A stretch of 64,000 nt of DNA, from NCBI GenBank assembly GCA_964057225.1, contig OZ059900.1, positions 14,074,001 to 14,138,000 on the forward strand, given 5' to 3'. The DNA is from Auanema rhodensis (Eukaryota > Animalia > Nematoda). Every line of letters starts with the position of its first letter. Position 1 is the stretch's first letter. A program made the translations under genes and the position numbers. The notes under the pieces were generated by a model. It saw only the letters and a list, made by a program, of their open reading frames with translations, did no database searches and was not told where the DNA came from. Below are positions 1-11,445 of the stretch, piece by piece.

Positions 1-538
1 CGCGCTATTCTTGATGAGTAGAATAGAGATTTTCCAATAGTTTTGCGATGTCTTTAAACTGTTTAAAAACCTAAATTAAATGATAATCTGCTCAGATTAG
101 TTGATAAACGTTTGAGAGACAAAATGTGTTTAATATGGATATACTCTTAGAAGAATATCATTTAATCGGGATTTGCGGAATGGAAGTTTTTTTGAGTACA
201 AAAATGTGTGATACATGTATTCATGTTAAACATTAAACAAGTTCAATAGATATTGGAATATTATTTTAGAATAGATAGATAATTGATTGATGGGTGGAGT
301 GATGCGACAATTAATGACGAAGGTTGAATAATATAGGTTGAATATTGTTGCGCTAGATCTCTCTTTTCTAGTTCTCTTCTTCTGACTATCTTTTATTTCT
401 CTTACCTGTATTCTGCATTTTTGATCCTATAGGAAAGGTCGCTCTAACAGGCACGGTCAAGAACGCCACCTAGTAGATCTTCATATTACTGTGACAGACC
501 TTCGAACTACATACCTGTCGATTAGCTCTCTTGTGTAA

Positions 539-2627
539 ATGCGATCCATTCAGATAGTAGTATTGGTATGCTGCTTTTTGGGCCTTGTGAGTTTCAAATT
601 AATTAAAGTTTTTAATAAAATTAGATGTTGTAGCATGCTCAAGGAAACTTTGAACTTGGCAAGTTCAGTCAAGTTGCTGAAAATATTTTGGATCGAAGAG
701 CTTATGCTCCAAAACCAACAGTGCCTCCTGAGCTTCGCAAATTTTTTGAACTCGATGGACATGCTCGTCAATTAGTAGACAGCCTCTTAGGACCACGTCC
801 AGGAGGATTTTTCCCAGAAAAAACTTATGAAATCGGCACTTCCTCATCTTCATCTTCTGGTTCATCTGGATCACCTCATCAAGTTTCAAATCTGGAGCGA
901 ACTCTTGAATCTTTTTTCACTGCACCTGAATCATCCGGTCCAGCATTCCCAAGCAGTTTCGGAGGAAACGGAGGAGGTTTTTCGCTTTCTAATGAAAACA
1001 AAAACTTAGCTCAGTTCGGAAGCACTGTTAGAAGAGCACCACAAGTAGTTTTTCATCATTTCTTTCTTTAAACTGTTATCCATCTTTACAGAAACAAGAA
1101 TCCGAATCTGAAGAAGTTGAAGGTTCAGGCGATGGTTCAGTCAGCTCAATCTCAGGAATTCCAAAGGTTTCACTCTTACATAAAGACTACCATAATTAAA
1201 CTTACCTTTTTGAGGTTTTCCCTAAAATACCATTATCTCCTTTTGTAAGCCCTAACAAGCAAGAAATCAAGCAACAAGTGCCTATTTTGGCAAATGATGA
1301 TCAGTCCCTTCCTGTTATTGCTACCATGCCTGAGGTAATTTTTGTGGAGTTTCAAATCTAATATCACATTTTTCATTTTGGGTACCTGAAGGAGGATTTT
1401 TACCCACAACAGAAATTCGTCGTGCTCCACAAAACTTAATGACTGCTCCATCTACTCCAGAAGAAACAGAGAGTGGTGAAGAGGTTTGTTGAGCAAAATA
1501 ATAAATAATCTAAATATTGTTGAAGGATTTATCGGAGAGAGCCAACAAGTCCGGTGGTTTGATAGGAACTATCTTCAAGTTGATTGGCATGAGTAACAAA
1601 ACCAACAAAAATGCAACAGAGAATGCTGATGACAAAAACGCACTAGGAAGAGCTGTATCTAATCTGATTGGCGGTGAGGATAGTCCTTTACCTGCTAAAG
1701 GCATGATTTCCAACGTATTGTACAACGCTCTCACTTCTTCACAGGTAGGATGAAAAATAATTTTTTTAAACTAAAATGAAACTTTTAGAACACAACCTCC
1801 GAGAAGGGCAATGGTACTCTTGTTTTAACTGATGCTCAGTCCGCTGCCATCGGAGAAAACTTAGAAATGGTCAAGAATCTTATTATTCAACCATCTTCTC
1901 CACTTTGTACTTCTAAACCAGATCCCGTTGATTTTGTGCTCGATTCATTCATGGGTCAGTGGTATCAGGTATGATAGCTTCAGTAGATTGAAAAGAAACT
2001 TACAATTTATAATAGGTCGTATACAGTCCACCACTATCCAGTGGACCTTGTTCAATGGTTGGATACAAGAAGCTTTCTAGTGTTAATGATGGCGGAGTTG
2101 GTTCAATCTTCGAAGTTTTCGAATACACCACAGATGGCTCTCAATATGCCAAGCCAAAAATTTCTTCAGGATATGCTATTGTTAAGTCACCTGGTGAATT
2201 AATATTCAGAACCACAAACAACCAAGAAGATGTTTTAGGTAAGGTTTATTTATATTTATTATTTGAAGAATGATTTTTTATTTAAAAAACTTTTAGTACA
2301 TGTTGTTCATCTTGGACCTGTCAATAGTGCTAATGAATACGAGTATGTTGTCATGTCTACAAATTGTAATTATCCAATTTACGTGTTTGCACGTGATCCT
2401 GTTACATACAAGCAGGTTAGATTTTATAATATACTAATTGAAGCAAATGCTTATCTTTAATTCTTATATTGATTTTGATCTTTCTTCAGAAGTACGAAGA
2501 TCACGTCAATAAGTACATGGAAGCTAACAATCTGGTCAATGGTATTTCTCGACTTTTCAACATTGTTGCTCCAGTTGAAAATAGCATGTGTTCCTTCCCA
2601 CCTTCATTATTCAATATGGCCCATTAA
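539..2627 (+). CDS. lpr-3: Secreted lipocalin-related protein (LPR-3-like), multi-exon, with a long low-complexity N-terminal region
   Basis: Signal peptide MRSIQIVVLVCCFLGL. The spliced C-terminal domain FMGQWYQVVY...CSMVGYKKL...YEYVVMSTNCNYPIYVFARDP has the lipocalin GxWY and FAR motifs. TAA at 2625-2627. Confidence 0.75.
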
Positions 2628-2908
2628 TTTCTCCATATTTTCCATATCTCATTGGGACTCAAGTTAGACCCAACTTTTTTTGAAAATACTTTAAAACTTA
2701 ATAATTTAATAATCATTAATAAATCAATATATTGCAACTAACTGTTTTTCTTTCACGAGATATACAAATTTTATGAACTGTATACAAACACGAAATAGTA
2801 AATCCAAATTTTACATTTGAGGGATATTTGTATTTTACCAACACCAGGATGAGACAGTTCATGAAAAATAGGTCAATAAATGGGTCAGTGGATGCGGAAT
2901 AACAAATA

Positions 2909-3130
2909 GAATGACCATGAAAGGTAACAAAAGAAGATATTCGTGGTAAAATGAGAAATGCTAATCGCTAAAGAGAAAAAAGAGAGAACAATGTAGCACT
3001 CCTTGTTCTTGACCTTTTGTATGATATCAGTCTTTTTGTCCTAATAATGAAGGTTGGCTATACATTTTAGCCAGAAATATTGAAAAAGTTGTTAAAATAA
3101 TAAACAAAAAAAGGAAAAGATACTTTATTC
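2909..3130 (+). repeat. ~220-bp direct repeat, left copy (partner at 15146-15366), flanking the foreign island
   Basis: gaatgaccatgaaaggtaac...gaaaagatactttattc recurs almost identically at 15146-15366. A 58-bp sub-copy follows immediately at 3132-3189. Confidence 0.95.
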
Positions 3131-3223
3131 TAAGATATTCGTGGTAAAATGAGAAATGCTAATCGCTAAAGAGAAAAAAGAGAGAACAACGTAAGTAGTA
3201 TACAAAAAGTTGACGCTGGCGCA

Positions 3224-3357
3224 CCTTTTTTGCCCAAATGCGATTTTTGCAGATTTTCAACATTTTAAAAACATTTTTTTATTGAAAATCATACTTAATT
3301 TCCCCAAAATGTGTCTTTTTTGAAAAATGATCAAAATATGCCTGGCGCACCACTTAA
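3224..3357 (+). repeat. ~135-bp direct repeat, copy 1 (copy 2 at ~8692-8828), bracketing the Maverick remnant
   Basis: tttttgcccaaatgcgatttttgcag...tgg(c/t)gcaccactta is present at both positions with few mismatches. Confidence 0.9.
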
Positions 3358-3407
3358 AGCCCACTTTCAATTTTTCACTTGTATTTATTGTTTTTTTTTG
3401 CTATTAA

Positions 3408-3854
3408 ATGAGCTTTTCCCAAAATCTCATCCCTCTGACAAATATAGATCTCCTTGCTTTGGTAGACACATGAAAAATCAAGAATTTCCGCGGCATCTCT
3501 ATAAGAGACACTTTATCACCACAAGGAATTGGAAAAACGGAAATAGGTATTATAAATTTAGATTCTTCTGAAGGTAAAAGAACTCATTGGGTCTGCTATT
3601 CCAAAAATGGAAAAAATATTTATTTTTTCGATTCTTTTGGACTTGATCCACCATTAGAACTTCAAGAATATTTAAAAGGATGTACTTCTAGGAAGCTTGC
3701 TTACGCAAAAGAAAAAGATAAAAAACCAGTAATCGAATTATCAACATTTCAAATTCAAGAATATAATACACATCATTGTGGTTATTATTGTTTGTTACTT
3801 CTAAAATTAGTAGAATCTCATAACTTCAGAAATTCTATTTTATCCTTTCTATAA
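3408..3854 (+). pseudogene. Maverick adenain-like cysteine protease (PRO) with one in-frame stop
   Basis: Manual translation: MSFSQNLIPLTNIDLLALVDT*KIKNFRGI...INLDSSEGKRTHWVCY...YFFDSFGLDPP...FQIQEYNTHHCGYYCLLLL, containing the HW, FDSFG and Q..CG.YC adenain motifs. TGA at 3471-3473. Not in the ORF track. Confidence 0.9.
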
Positions 3855-4545
3855 ATAATAAATAAAAATTTGAGATAAAAGATTTGGTTTGATACCAACG
3901 TTCCCAACAGTCATTGTATTATGACTATCTTTAATGATATAACGTTTATGTTCACATGATAGTGAATCATTATTCAAAGCTACTTTATTCTGACATTGTG
4001 TGAAAATAGTGTGTTTAACACTCCTAATAGTATATTGAGTCTTTCTTACAACAGTCTTATTGAAAAGGCTGTGCTTATAATCATCGACAGTCAACTCATT
4101 CGTGACAACATTCTTTTTAACACCTTTACTTTTCTTAGTTTCATCACCATCTAGAGTCTTAAAAGCATATTGTTTAGGCTTTAGAGCAACTATTTCAGTT
4201 ATAATGTTTCCATTCAATTGATCTTTAAATTTTCCGACAACTTTCTTATTCTCTGTGCTACGAAGTACGTGATCTTCCGGATAATCACTGAAATCGAAAT
4301 GTCTTCGAAAATAGATATCTTTTTCCACATCTTTGTAAAAATCTTCAGTCTTGATGTCATATATGAGACTGTCAGTATCTTGGTAACATAACTCTACATT
4401 TCGATATTTCTTCTGCATAACATTGTAATGAAAGTCATGCATCAACCACTTACTCAGATCTAAAATAGCAAAACCTACATAAATAGGTTTATTAAGTACA
4501 ATATTTGTTTTCTCCATTTCTACAGCAGATAACTCTTTGTTATAC
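3849..4545 (-). pseudogene. C-terminal fragment of protein-primed B-family DNA polymerase (Maverick pPolB)
   Basis: Motifs KPIYVGFAILDLSK, YQDTDS (motif C), VGKFKD, ALKPKQY and KSKGV. The 5' part is missing. Confidence 0.95.
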
Positions 4546-4719
4546 GAACAGATGATGATAATGAATTTGAAAAAATTTCCTTTTTTTGTTTTGAAAATTT
4601 AATTTTTTATGCTAAATTTTAATGCTAATTTTTTTTGGCTTATTTTTTATTTCAAATATGGTTTTTTAAATTTTGAAAAAAAAATTTGAATATTTAATAT
4701 TATCCGAATGATTTTTTTT

Positions 4720-6920
4720 TGGTGTTTTAGACAAATTTAGTCGATTTTAGTCGTTTTTTAGTCGTTTTCTGTTTAACCGTGCCCAAGTATACCTTTCTTC
4801 CTCTATTATGCAAAACTCCATTCATTTTCCTTATAAGTTTAATAATACATATGCTCATAATAATCCTTATCAGACCAGGAGGTCAGAATAATATGCAGGA
4901 ATGCAAAGGCTATTTCTATAACAACCGATATTTGGACGACTCCAAATATGAAGAAATCGTTCATGGCCTTTACAGGAGTATCCGTGAACGATAACTTCGA
5001 AAGAAGATCGTTTCTGATGGATATGGTAGAACTTGAAGTGGGCGAACGGTAAGCGTGTATAGAAAAGGCACATAATATATTATATTTAAGGCACACGGCT
5101 GAATATCTGCAACAAGTGATTGAGAGCAGGTTCAACCACTTCGAGTTGGACACGGAGAAAATTAGCGCTATAGTAGCTGACGGTGGGGCTAATATAGTGA
5201 AAGCTATTAAATCTACATCTCTGAATTAGTAAGAAATGTTTAATTATTCTATCTAATCCTTCTGTTGCAGTGTCGCCTGCTCGGCGCATTTATTGGACAC
5301 GTTTGTTCAAGAACTTTATAAAATAAATTATCTAAAGGAGTGCATCGAAAAAATAACTTTTTTCATTGCATCCCTCCATCGCTCTCACATGATGTATGGG
5401 TTTTATAAGGAGTAAGCAAAAATCTACCAATTCAACTAAATTATTATTTTTGATGTTGTGAAAAGCACAACTTACCAAACTTCGATATAGCTGGGTTAGT
5501 CTGCACGAGATGGAACTCGGTTTTCATGGCGATCTGTGACGTTTTGAACACAATAGATGCTGTCCATGATACCATTCTGAAGTTCAAGCTGCTGCCACTA
5601 TCCGAAGAAGATGTGGAATTTCTGAGGCACATAAGGGAATTATTCCTTCCCATATTTGAGTCAACGTTGGAGCTGTGCAAAAAGAATTCAACACTTAGCT
5701 GCTTCCTGCCTGTTCTTTATCATATACGAAGGAATATGAAACAATTCTCCCTTAGAGAAACAATTCCGAGTAGAGTACGCTTTTTTTTGGAAAAAATGGA
5801 ATCGATCTTCAATAGAAGATTTTCCACCTATATGAAAGACAGGATTTTAAGGCAGCACACTTTTATGGATCCTCGGTAAGTGGTTTGAGAATAATTAATC
5901 ACTTCATTACATTTTTCAGCTTTTCTTTATCTAAGATTCTCGAAGATTATGAGTAGGCTGAAGTTGAGCGTGATATCACTCAACAGTTCTCTGTATCGCA
6001 GATTTCTAACGAGAACACTGACGTCGAACACCAACAGAGTAATAATATGTGGGATTGCGTTATGGCAGAACGGGGAACCACACAATCAAACGGTTTTGAT
6101 CTTAGAGTACGTTTGATTATAGTTTCCATCAAAAGGTTATAAACTTTCAGGAACAGATACTATCTTACAAAATATCAGTGAAGAGTATTACAAAGTGGAA
6201 AGAAGATCCCATAATTTATTGGAAAGATAGGAGACATGAATTACCTCTGCTCTCCGATATAGCGCTTCATTTCCTTGCAACCTCGTCTACATCCGTAGAC
6301 TCTGAGAGATTATTCAGGTAAGTAACAACTAAATAGAAATTGCTTATTCTTATTTAGTCAAGCTAGGATCATTTACGGTAACAAGAGGAGATGCAGGACA
6401 ACTGGCAGGGTTGCTAGATCACTGCTTTTAATCGCGGCACATAATCAACTAGGAAAAGAAAGCGATTGGTCAAAAAACTGGACTGGACGTTATAACTCAG
6501 GACATACTCAAGAGGAAGTGGTAGAATCGGAAGAAGATGAACAATATATGGAAGAAGACCCAATGGAAATTATAGATGTTACTAGTTGAAATGTTAATAA
6601 AGTAAAATAGTTAAAATTAAGTAAAATTAAATAAAGTAAAATTAAATATATGATAAAATTAAAATAAATATAAAGGAATGTTGAACGATCAATCGATAAA
6701 TAATAATTCGGCAGAAAATCAACGGCGACAAATTACGACTAATATTACGAACTAAACGACTAATTCCACTATTATTTTTAGTCGAAATTGGTCGATTAAT
6801 TAGTCGACTAAAATTATGAATAATGCGTGATTAGTTGATTAGCCGAATCCGACTAATCTTGAAAAACACTGGTTAGTCGTTAGCCGAAATTGTAAAAATC
6901 CGATTTTTTGCCCAACTATA
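4720..6920 (+). mobile_element. hAT-superfamily DNA transposon with a degenerate, intron-containing transposase (~4780-6589); boundaries approximate
   Basis: Motifs VADGGANIVKA, CSAHLLD (CxxH), CTRWNS, FMDPR and the dimerization domain YWKDRRHELPLLSDIALHFLATSSTSVDSERLFS. TAGTCG/CGACTA subterminal repeats cluster at 4738-4765 and 6735-6880. CAGTGTTTTTCAA on the - strand at 6859-6871. Stops and frameshifts are present. Confidence 0.9.
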
Positions 6921-7126
6921 AAGAAAGGGCTCTTTTCTGCAATTTTGCGTCTTATAACTTCTCAGACAAACTCAAAAAATCAAAAAAAAAATATTTTGAT
7001 TGTTAAAAAACGATAATGAATTCAGAAAATCTTAAAAATTTTAAAAATCATGTTTTAAAGTATTTTCTGAAGTCTCCGAAATTTTCATAAACTGCTAGAA
7101 GTATTCTTTCTTGAATTTTAGAAGTT

Positions 7127-7726
7127 TCACCACACCATGAGTTCATTCATTTTTATTTGACAGAAACCATCTTGATACTTATACTCTGACATATCTGCTA
7201 ACACATTAGATGGTCTACTTTGATTGAAGTGTGAATATACTTTAGTTTCAATGATGATACAATTCTCTTTGTAATATCTTTTGATTGTAAAGAAACTAGT
7301 AAATCGATTTGGATAATCTTTATTCACTTTATTATTTGTACTATATATTCCTTCTTTACCTTTCCCTAAACTTCCATATTCATATTTCTTATTTGCAATC
7401 CCTTCTCTACATTCTGCAACACTAATAGAACGATGATTCAATTCCTTTTCTACTAAGTGCTCATATCCTGAAAAATCTGTATACATTGATACTTCACTTA
7501 TTAATTTCTTACACAACTTAGCTTCACTTGAGTATTCAATTATGTTCGGTTTGAAGACTTCATAACTTACTACTTTTGGTTGACAATTTAATTGTCTATG
7601 ATAATTGCATTTGTGTAATTTCGGAAGTCTGAAGTATTGTACTGGTGCATTAAAAGTACAAATTATTGCAACTAAAATATCATAATGAGTAAATAAAAAA
7701 AAGAAATAGAATTGCAATAGATTCAT
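7127..7726 (-). pseudogene. N-terminal fragment of a viral-type envelope glycoprotein, probably the nematode Maverick class III fusogen
   Basis: Signal peptide followed by a Cys-patterned ectodomain (C...FRLP...C...KPN..EY...A.LC.K...YTDF.G...S..EC...STNN...YP...NC...GFC...W). Intronless, between pPolB and MCP, and truncated. Confidence 0.7.
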
Positions 7727-7770
7727 TTAATATTACAAAAAAAATATTTTAAATAAATACAAAAGTAAAA

Positions 7771-8295
7771 ATGGTAGAAGCAGTTGACAGAATTCTTATA
7801 GTTGACAATCCAATTATTCAAGATACTTCAATTCCAAAAGAAAATTTGATAAGCATATTTCCCTCTAGTGAAACAAGTCTTAATCAACATGGTGAAATTA
7901 ATTTTATAATTGAAACTTGTGATCAATATCTATTACTTCATAAATCTTACATCTACTTAGAAGCTTCCTTGACTGAATTAGACTCTAGTGCATTAAGTGA
8001 CACTGATGAAGTATCATTAATAAACAATGGACCTATGATCTTATTTGATATAGCAACTTACTCAATGGATGATATGCAAGTTGAAAATGTCATTGATCCT
8101 GGAAGAGCTTCACTATTAAATTTACTATTTACACTATTTACTTGGAAACTTGGAACTAAATATGATAAGATAAAATATCTTGTCATTGCATTTCAGGCTG
8201 CTAGAGATAATAATTATCTAAATGCTGCAAAGTTCGATAACTGTGGGCTTGAAGAAATCTACGTTGAACTCAATAGTGAAAGATATCCATATGAG
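7771..8295 (+). pseudogene. Maverick double-jelly-roll major capsid protein, internally deleted and 3'-truncated
   Basis: The N-terminal SLNQHGEINFII...SYIYLE...NNGPMILF...DPG region is joined directly to the C-proximal YLVIAFQ...FDNCGL..IYVELNSERYPY motif. Confidence 0.85.
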
Positions 8296-8341
8296 GATAA
8301 TAGGGTTAAAGTTGTCAGTATTTAAGATAACTTCTTTATGT

Positions 8342-8690
8342 TTAGGATTTCATATCTATTTCTGTAATCCAAGAATTGAACTTATCTGGATATCCATACA
8401 ACTTGACTAGTAGCTCTTTGACACCTTTTCTAGTTCTCTTCTTCAAAACTTTCTCGATTTTACACTCCTGAGTAACATTATCATAAAGTATGAGCTCTTC
8501 TTCAAAAAAATTTCCTTTAATTTCTTCAATTTCTTAATAGAATACATTGTAATCCCTTCTTTATTTGGGTGAACTTCAGAAATTTTGAATTGTTCAGTAC
8601 TCCAATTAGGCAGATATCCTTTATCAAAGATGGCTTTATATTTTGTGATACAAACAGTATCACCAATCTTGAAAGATGCAAACTTATTGC
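8342..8690 (-). pseudogene. C-terminal end of the Maverick retroviral-like integrase with chromodomain, frameshifted
   Basis: FKIGDTVCITKYKAIFDKGYLPNWSTEQF, then in another frame EEIKGNFFEEEL...KIEKVLKKRTRKGVKELLVKLYGYPDKFNSWI...*. Confidence 0.9.
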
Positions 8691-8691
8691 A

Positions 8692-8828
8692 ACCCTTTTT
8701 TTTTGCCCAAATGCGATTTTTGCAGATTTTCAACATTTTAAAAACATTTTTTTATTGAAAATCATACTTAATTTCCCCGAAATGTGTCATTTTTGAAAAT
8801 GATCAAAATATGTCTGGTGCACCACTTA
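8692..8828 (+). repeat. ~135-bp direct repeat, copy 2; truncates the integrase
   Basis: Near-identical to 3224-3357. Confidence 0.9.
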
Positions 8829-8905
8829 CCCACAGCCTAACAGAATTTGAAAAAAAAATTTTATTCTTAAACATTTAATAAATTAAGCCACATTACAAAA
8901 ACATA

Positions 8906-10373
8906 CTAAACAAAAGCTCCATATAATGTGCTTCCATCGATGACAGTCACAAGGCATGATTTCTTATTTGGTGGCGATCCTTCTTCTTTTCTCTCTTTTT
9001 CGAGTTCCTCCTAAACAAAATGTTATTAGATAAATTTGTATTAGCAGTAATGAATTGACATACCATATAAGCTTTTTCGAATTCAACAGCAGGAGAAATG
9101 ATAATTTTCGCGCTGAAAATTGCAGCTTCGGATATGGCTTCCTGGTCGTTCTTCAATGGCATCATCGTGCACCCATAATTCATCCCGATGAGGCCTTTTG
9201 CTCCCCAAACTCCACCACCTACAAGTTCCAATCAGAATTTAATTAACCAAAAAAAATATTTACCTGAGTCACCACACGAGCTTCGACTTGTTCCAAGAAT
9301 AAATGGACCCAATCCAGAAAAATAATGACGACGAACAGAATGGATCAAGCCCGGCAAATATGAAAGAGATCCCACGTCATTCCCGAACCCGGCTAATGTG
9401 AATGGTATCGACTCTTCAGCATTTGCGATTGAAGGCTTTCGCTAAAATACGAAAATTAACAACAAAATATAAAAAATGTTTCAAGAACTTACATCAACGA
9501 CATTGGATCTGCTTTTCAGCAAGATGAAATCGTATGCTTCAAAAATTTTCGCCACATACACATCAACGCCGGTTTGTTCGTCCACCTCTTTTTCTGCACT
9601 ATAAAGTAACAACAAAATATAAGAAATATGCTAAGAACTTACTGATATAATTTCAAATTATCGCCAATGTTGAAGCGACGGTGTGATCCATGTCTGAATG
9701 TGACGAAAAATCTTGGATGAACACAAATTGTAGTCGATTTCGTCTGTTCCATCAAGTAAAACATCCATTTAGTGAAACATTTTGCTGATGGTGCAGGTTT
9801 GTGCGGCACTAAAAAGAGATAATAAGTTTTCAATATGAATTCGAGTTAAATCTCACACTCAGGATGATACGGGCTCATCGAACGCTCGTTCAAAATTTGC
9901 TCCATCGGTGTTCTTGGACGAGAAGTAGTTGTGAATTGAGCTAAAATAAGTATTTTAAGTAAAAATCCTTTTCGTATAAAAGCATACAAATTAAAGCTGT
10001 TAATGAAAGATAATGAATTTAATCGAAAATCCTACAAACCTTCCACGTTAGCAGGAGTTGTTGGTCGGGGCGGCATTTTATCAGGCGATAGAACGACCCT
10101 CTCGCAATAATACTTGAATTGCTGAAAAACGAACAGTAAAATTAGCGTTCGGCAAATTAGCACTTCAAATTTCACAGATTTAAACTTTGCTAAAACATAA
10201 AAGCTCACCTGATCAAAGGCAATGAGGTTTTTCAGCATCTTCCACATTGCGGAATTTTCTCTTCCAACACATTTCGCATCTTCGATTGAAAGATTTTCCA
10301 GAACCTTTGCGCACTTTTCGCCGTCATCTGCATAGATCTGACACACTTTTCCGACAACTTCTTGATCAGCCAT
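8906..10373 (-). CDS. Intact 8-exon intracellular trypsin/chymotrypsin-fold serine protease (wosp-like Maverick cargo family)
   Basis: Splices into one open frame with canonical GT-AG introns: MADQEVV...FVTFRHGSH (His)...AYDFILLK (Asp)...GTSRSSCGDSG|GGVWG..GLIGM (Ser)...YGAFV*. A TTTCAG acceptor lies 8 nt before the ATG. No signal peptide. Confidence 0.85.
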
Positions 10374-10969
10374 TTTATCAACTGAAAGCAAACGATTTTT
10401 TGAAAAAACGTAAACAAACAACATTAGGAGTTCTCTCTCTTTTTCCTTCAGTTCTTTCCTTTGGTGTGACACCTTCACCCTGGTGACCTTCTTTTCTCTT
10501 CCTCACTTTGACTGAGCACAATCACACATTTGCCCCAGTTGAACTAAACACACGCGACGCAACACGCTAGCGCGTTGTGAAACAAAATGAAAGAAACCGG
10601 GAATGCAAAATAATTTCTGTCCAAAATTAGAACTATCGATGCTAATTTTGATGTGACAGCTATCGACCACAATTAGCTTTTTTTTAAATTGCTTCCCAAA
10701 CAATCTACCCAAGAAAAATCAAAACTCACAAATCCAATAGTCATCACATTTGACGAATTTCAGTTGATTTTAATATGAATTCCAAAAATTTGCATATGAG
10801 AGAATTATGTTCTCAAACCCTTGTTTGCATCATTTCCCACTCCCCGGTTTGCTTAACAACTTTTCCATCTTTCTCTCTTTTTCAATCGTGTAAATTTATT
10901 CATTTTCATTATAAACGTTCAACTAATTAACTAATAATAATCCTTATTTACTAATAAATGTCTGTTTAG

Positions 10970-11390
10970 ATGGCGATGGAATATTTGACGGCGCAAAAGC
11001 TCGAAGCCTCGCTCTTCACGACTTCCAAGCCCGACGCCGAGTTGCATTTGTGCGTGGTGCCAATCGATAAACGTCATGCTGCTTCTTTTTACCACGGTCC
11101 ACATTCGATACTCAAAGAAGGCGAGAAGATCATCTTGTATAACGTAACTGACTCGGATATTCAACGCGAGGTTTTTCTTTCCCAATTTTTTAAACTAGTT
11201 GCTTTTTAGGCAGTTGTGAAGACAATTTCTTATACCACCGATATTGTGGTGTTTGAGCTCGTCGACCAAATCTTTCCGTGTTATCCAAATGGATTTTATT
11301 CGATGTTTCGTGGTCAATCCTACAGGCAACTGGGCATAAATGAACAGCGCATGCCAAAATGGAAAGAAGGAACCGTATCGGAAATGTACA
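10970..11390 (+). CDS. Second, divergent trypsin-fold protease: N-terminal half only (exons 10970-11170 and 11210-11390)
   Basis: HAASFYHGPH (His motif parallel to TFRHGSH), TDIVVFEL (Asp) and YRQLG...WKEGTVS. No GDSG exon follows. Confidence 0.7.
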
Positions 11391-11445
11391 GTATGTCTAA
11401 TTTGCACTCACTCGTATTAGTATTGTTCTTTTCTCTTTTGTAGAA

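Larger units (their letters stand above)
3408..8690. mobile_element. Degenerate Maverick/Polinton: PRO(+), pPolB(-), [hAT insertion], fusogen-like(-), MCP(+), INT(-)
   Basis: Five intronless fragments of Maverick-type genes are clustered here (see individual features). All are truncated, internally deleted or contain stops. No long TIR pair was seen. Confidence 0.93.

Noticed and set aside
3194-3200. AGTAGTA at the island's left edge as a Maverick terminus
   Set aside because: It resembles the (AGT)n Maverick end, but no matching ACTACT end or long TIR partner was found in the island, and it is too short to support.
3311-3571. 86-aa ORF in the track
   Set aside because: Out-of-frame overlap of the repeat and the adenain pseudogene. 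The meaningful frame starts at 3408.
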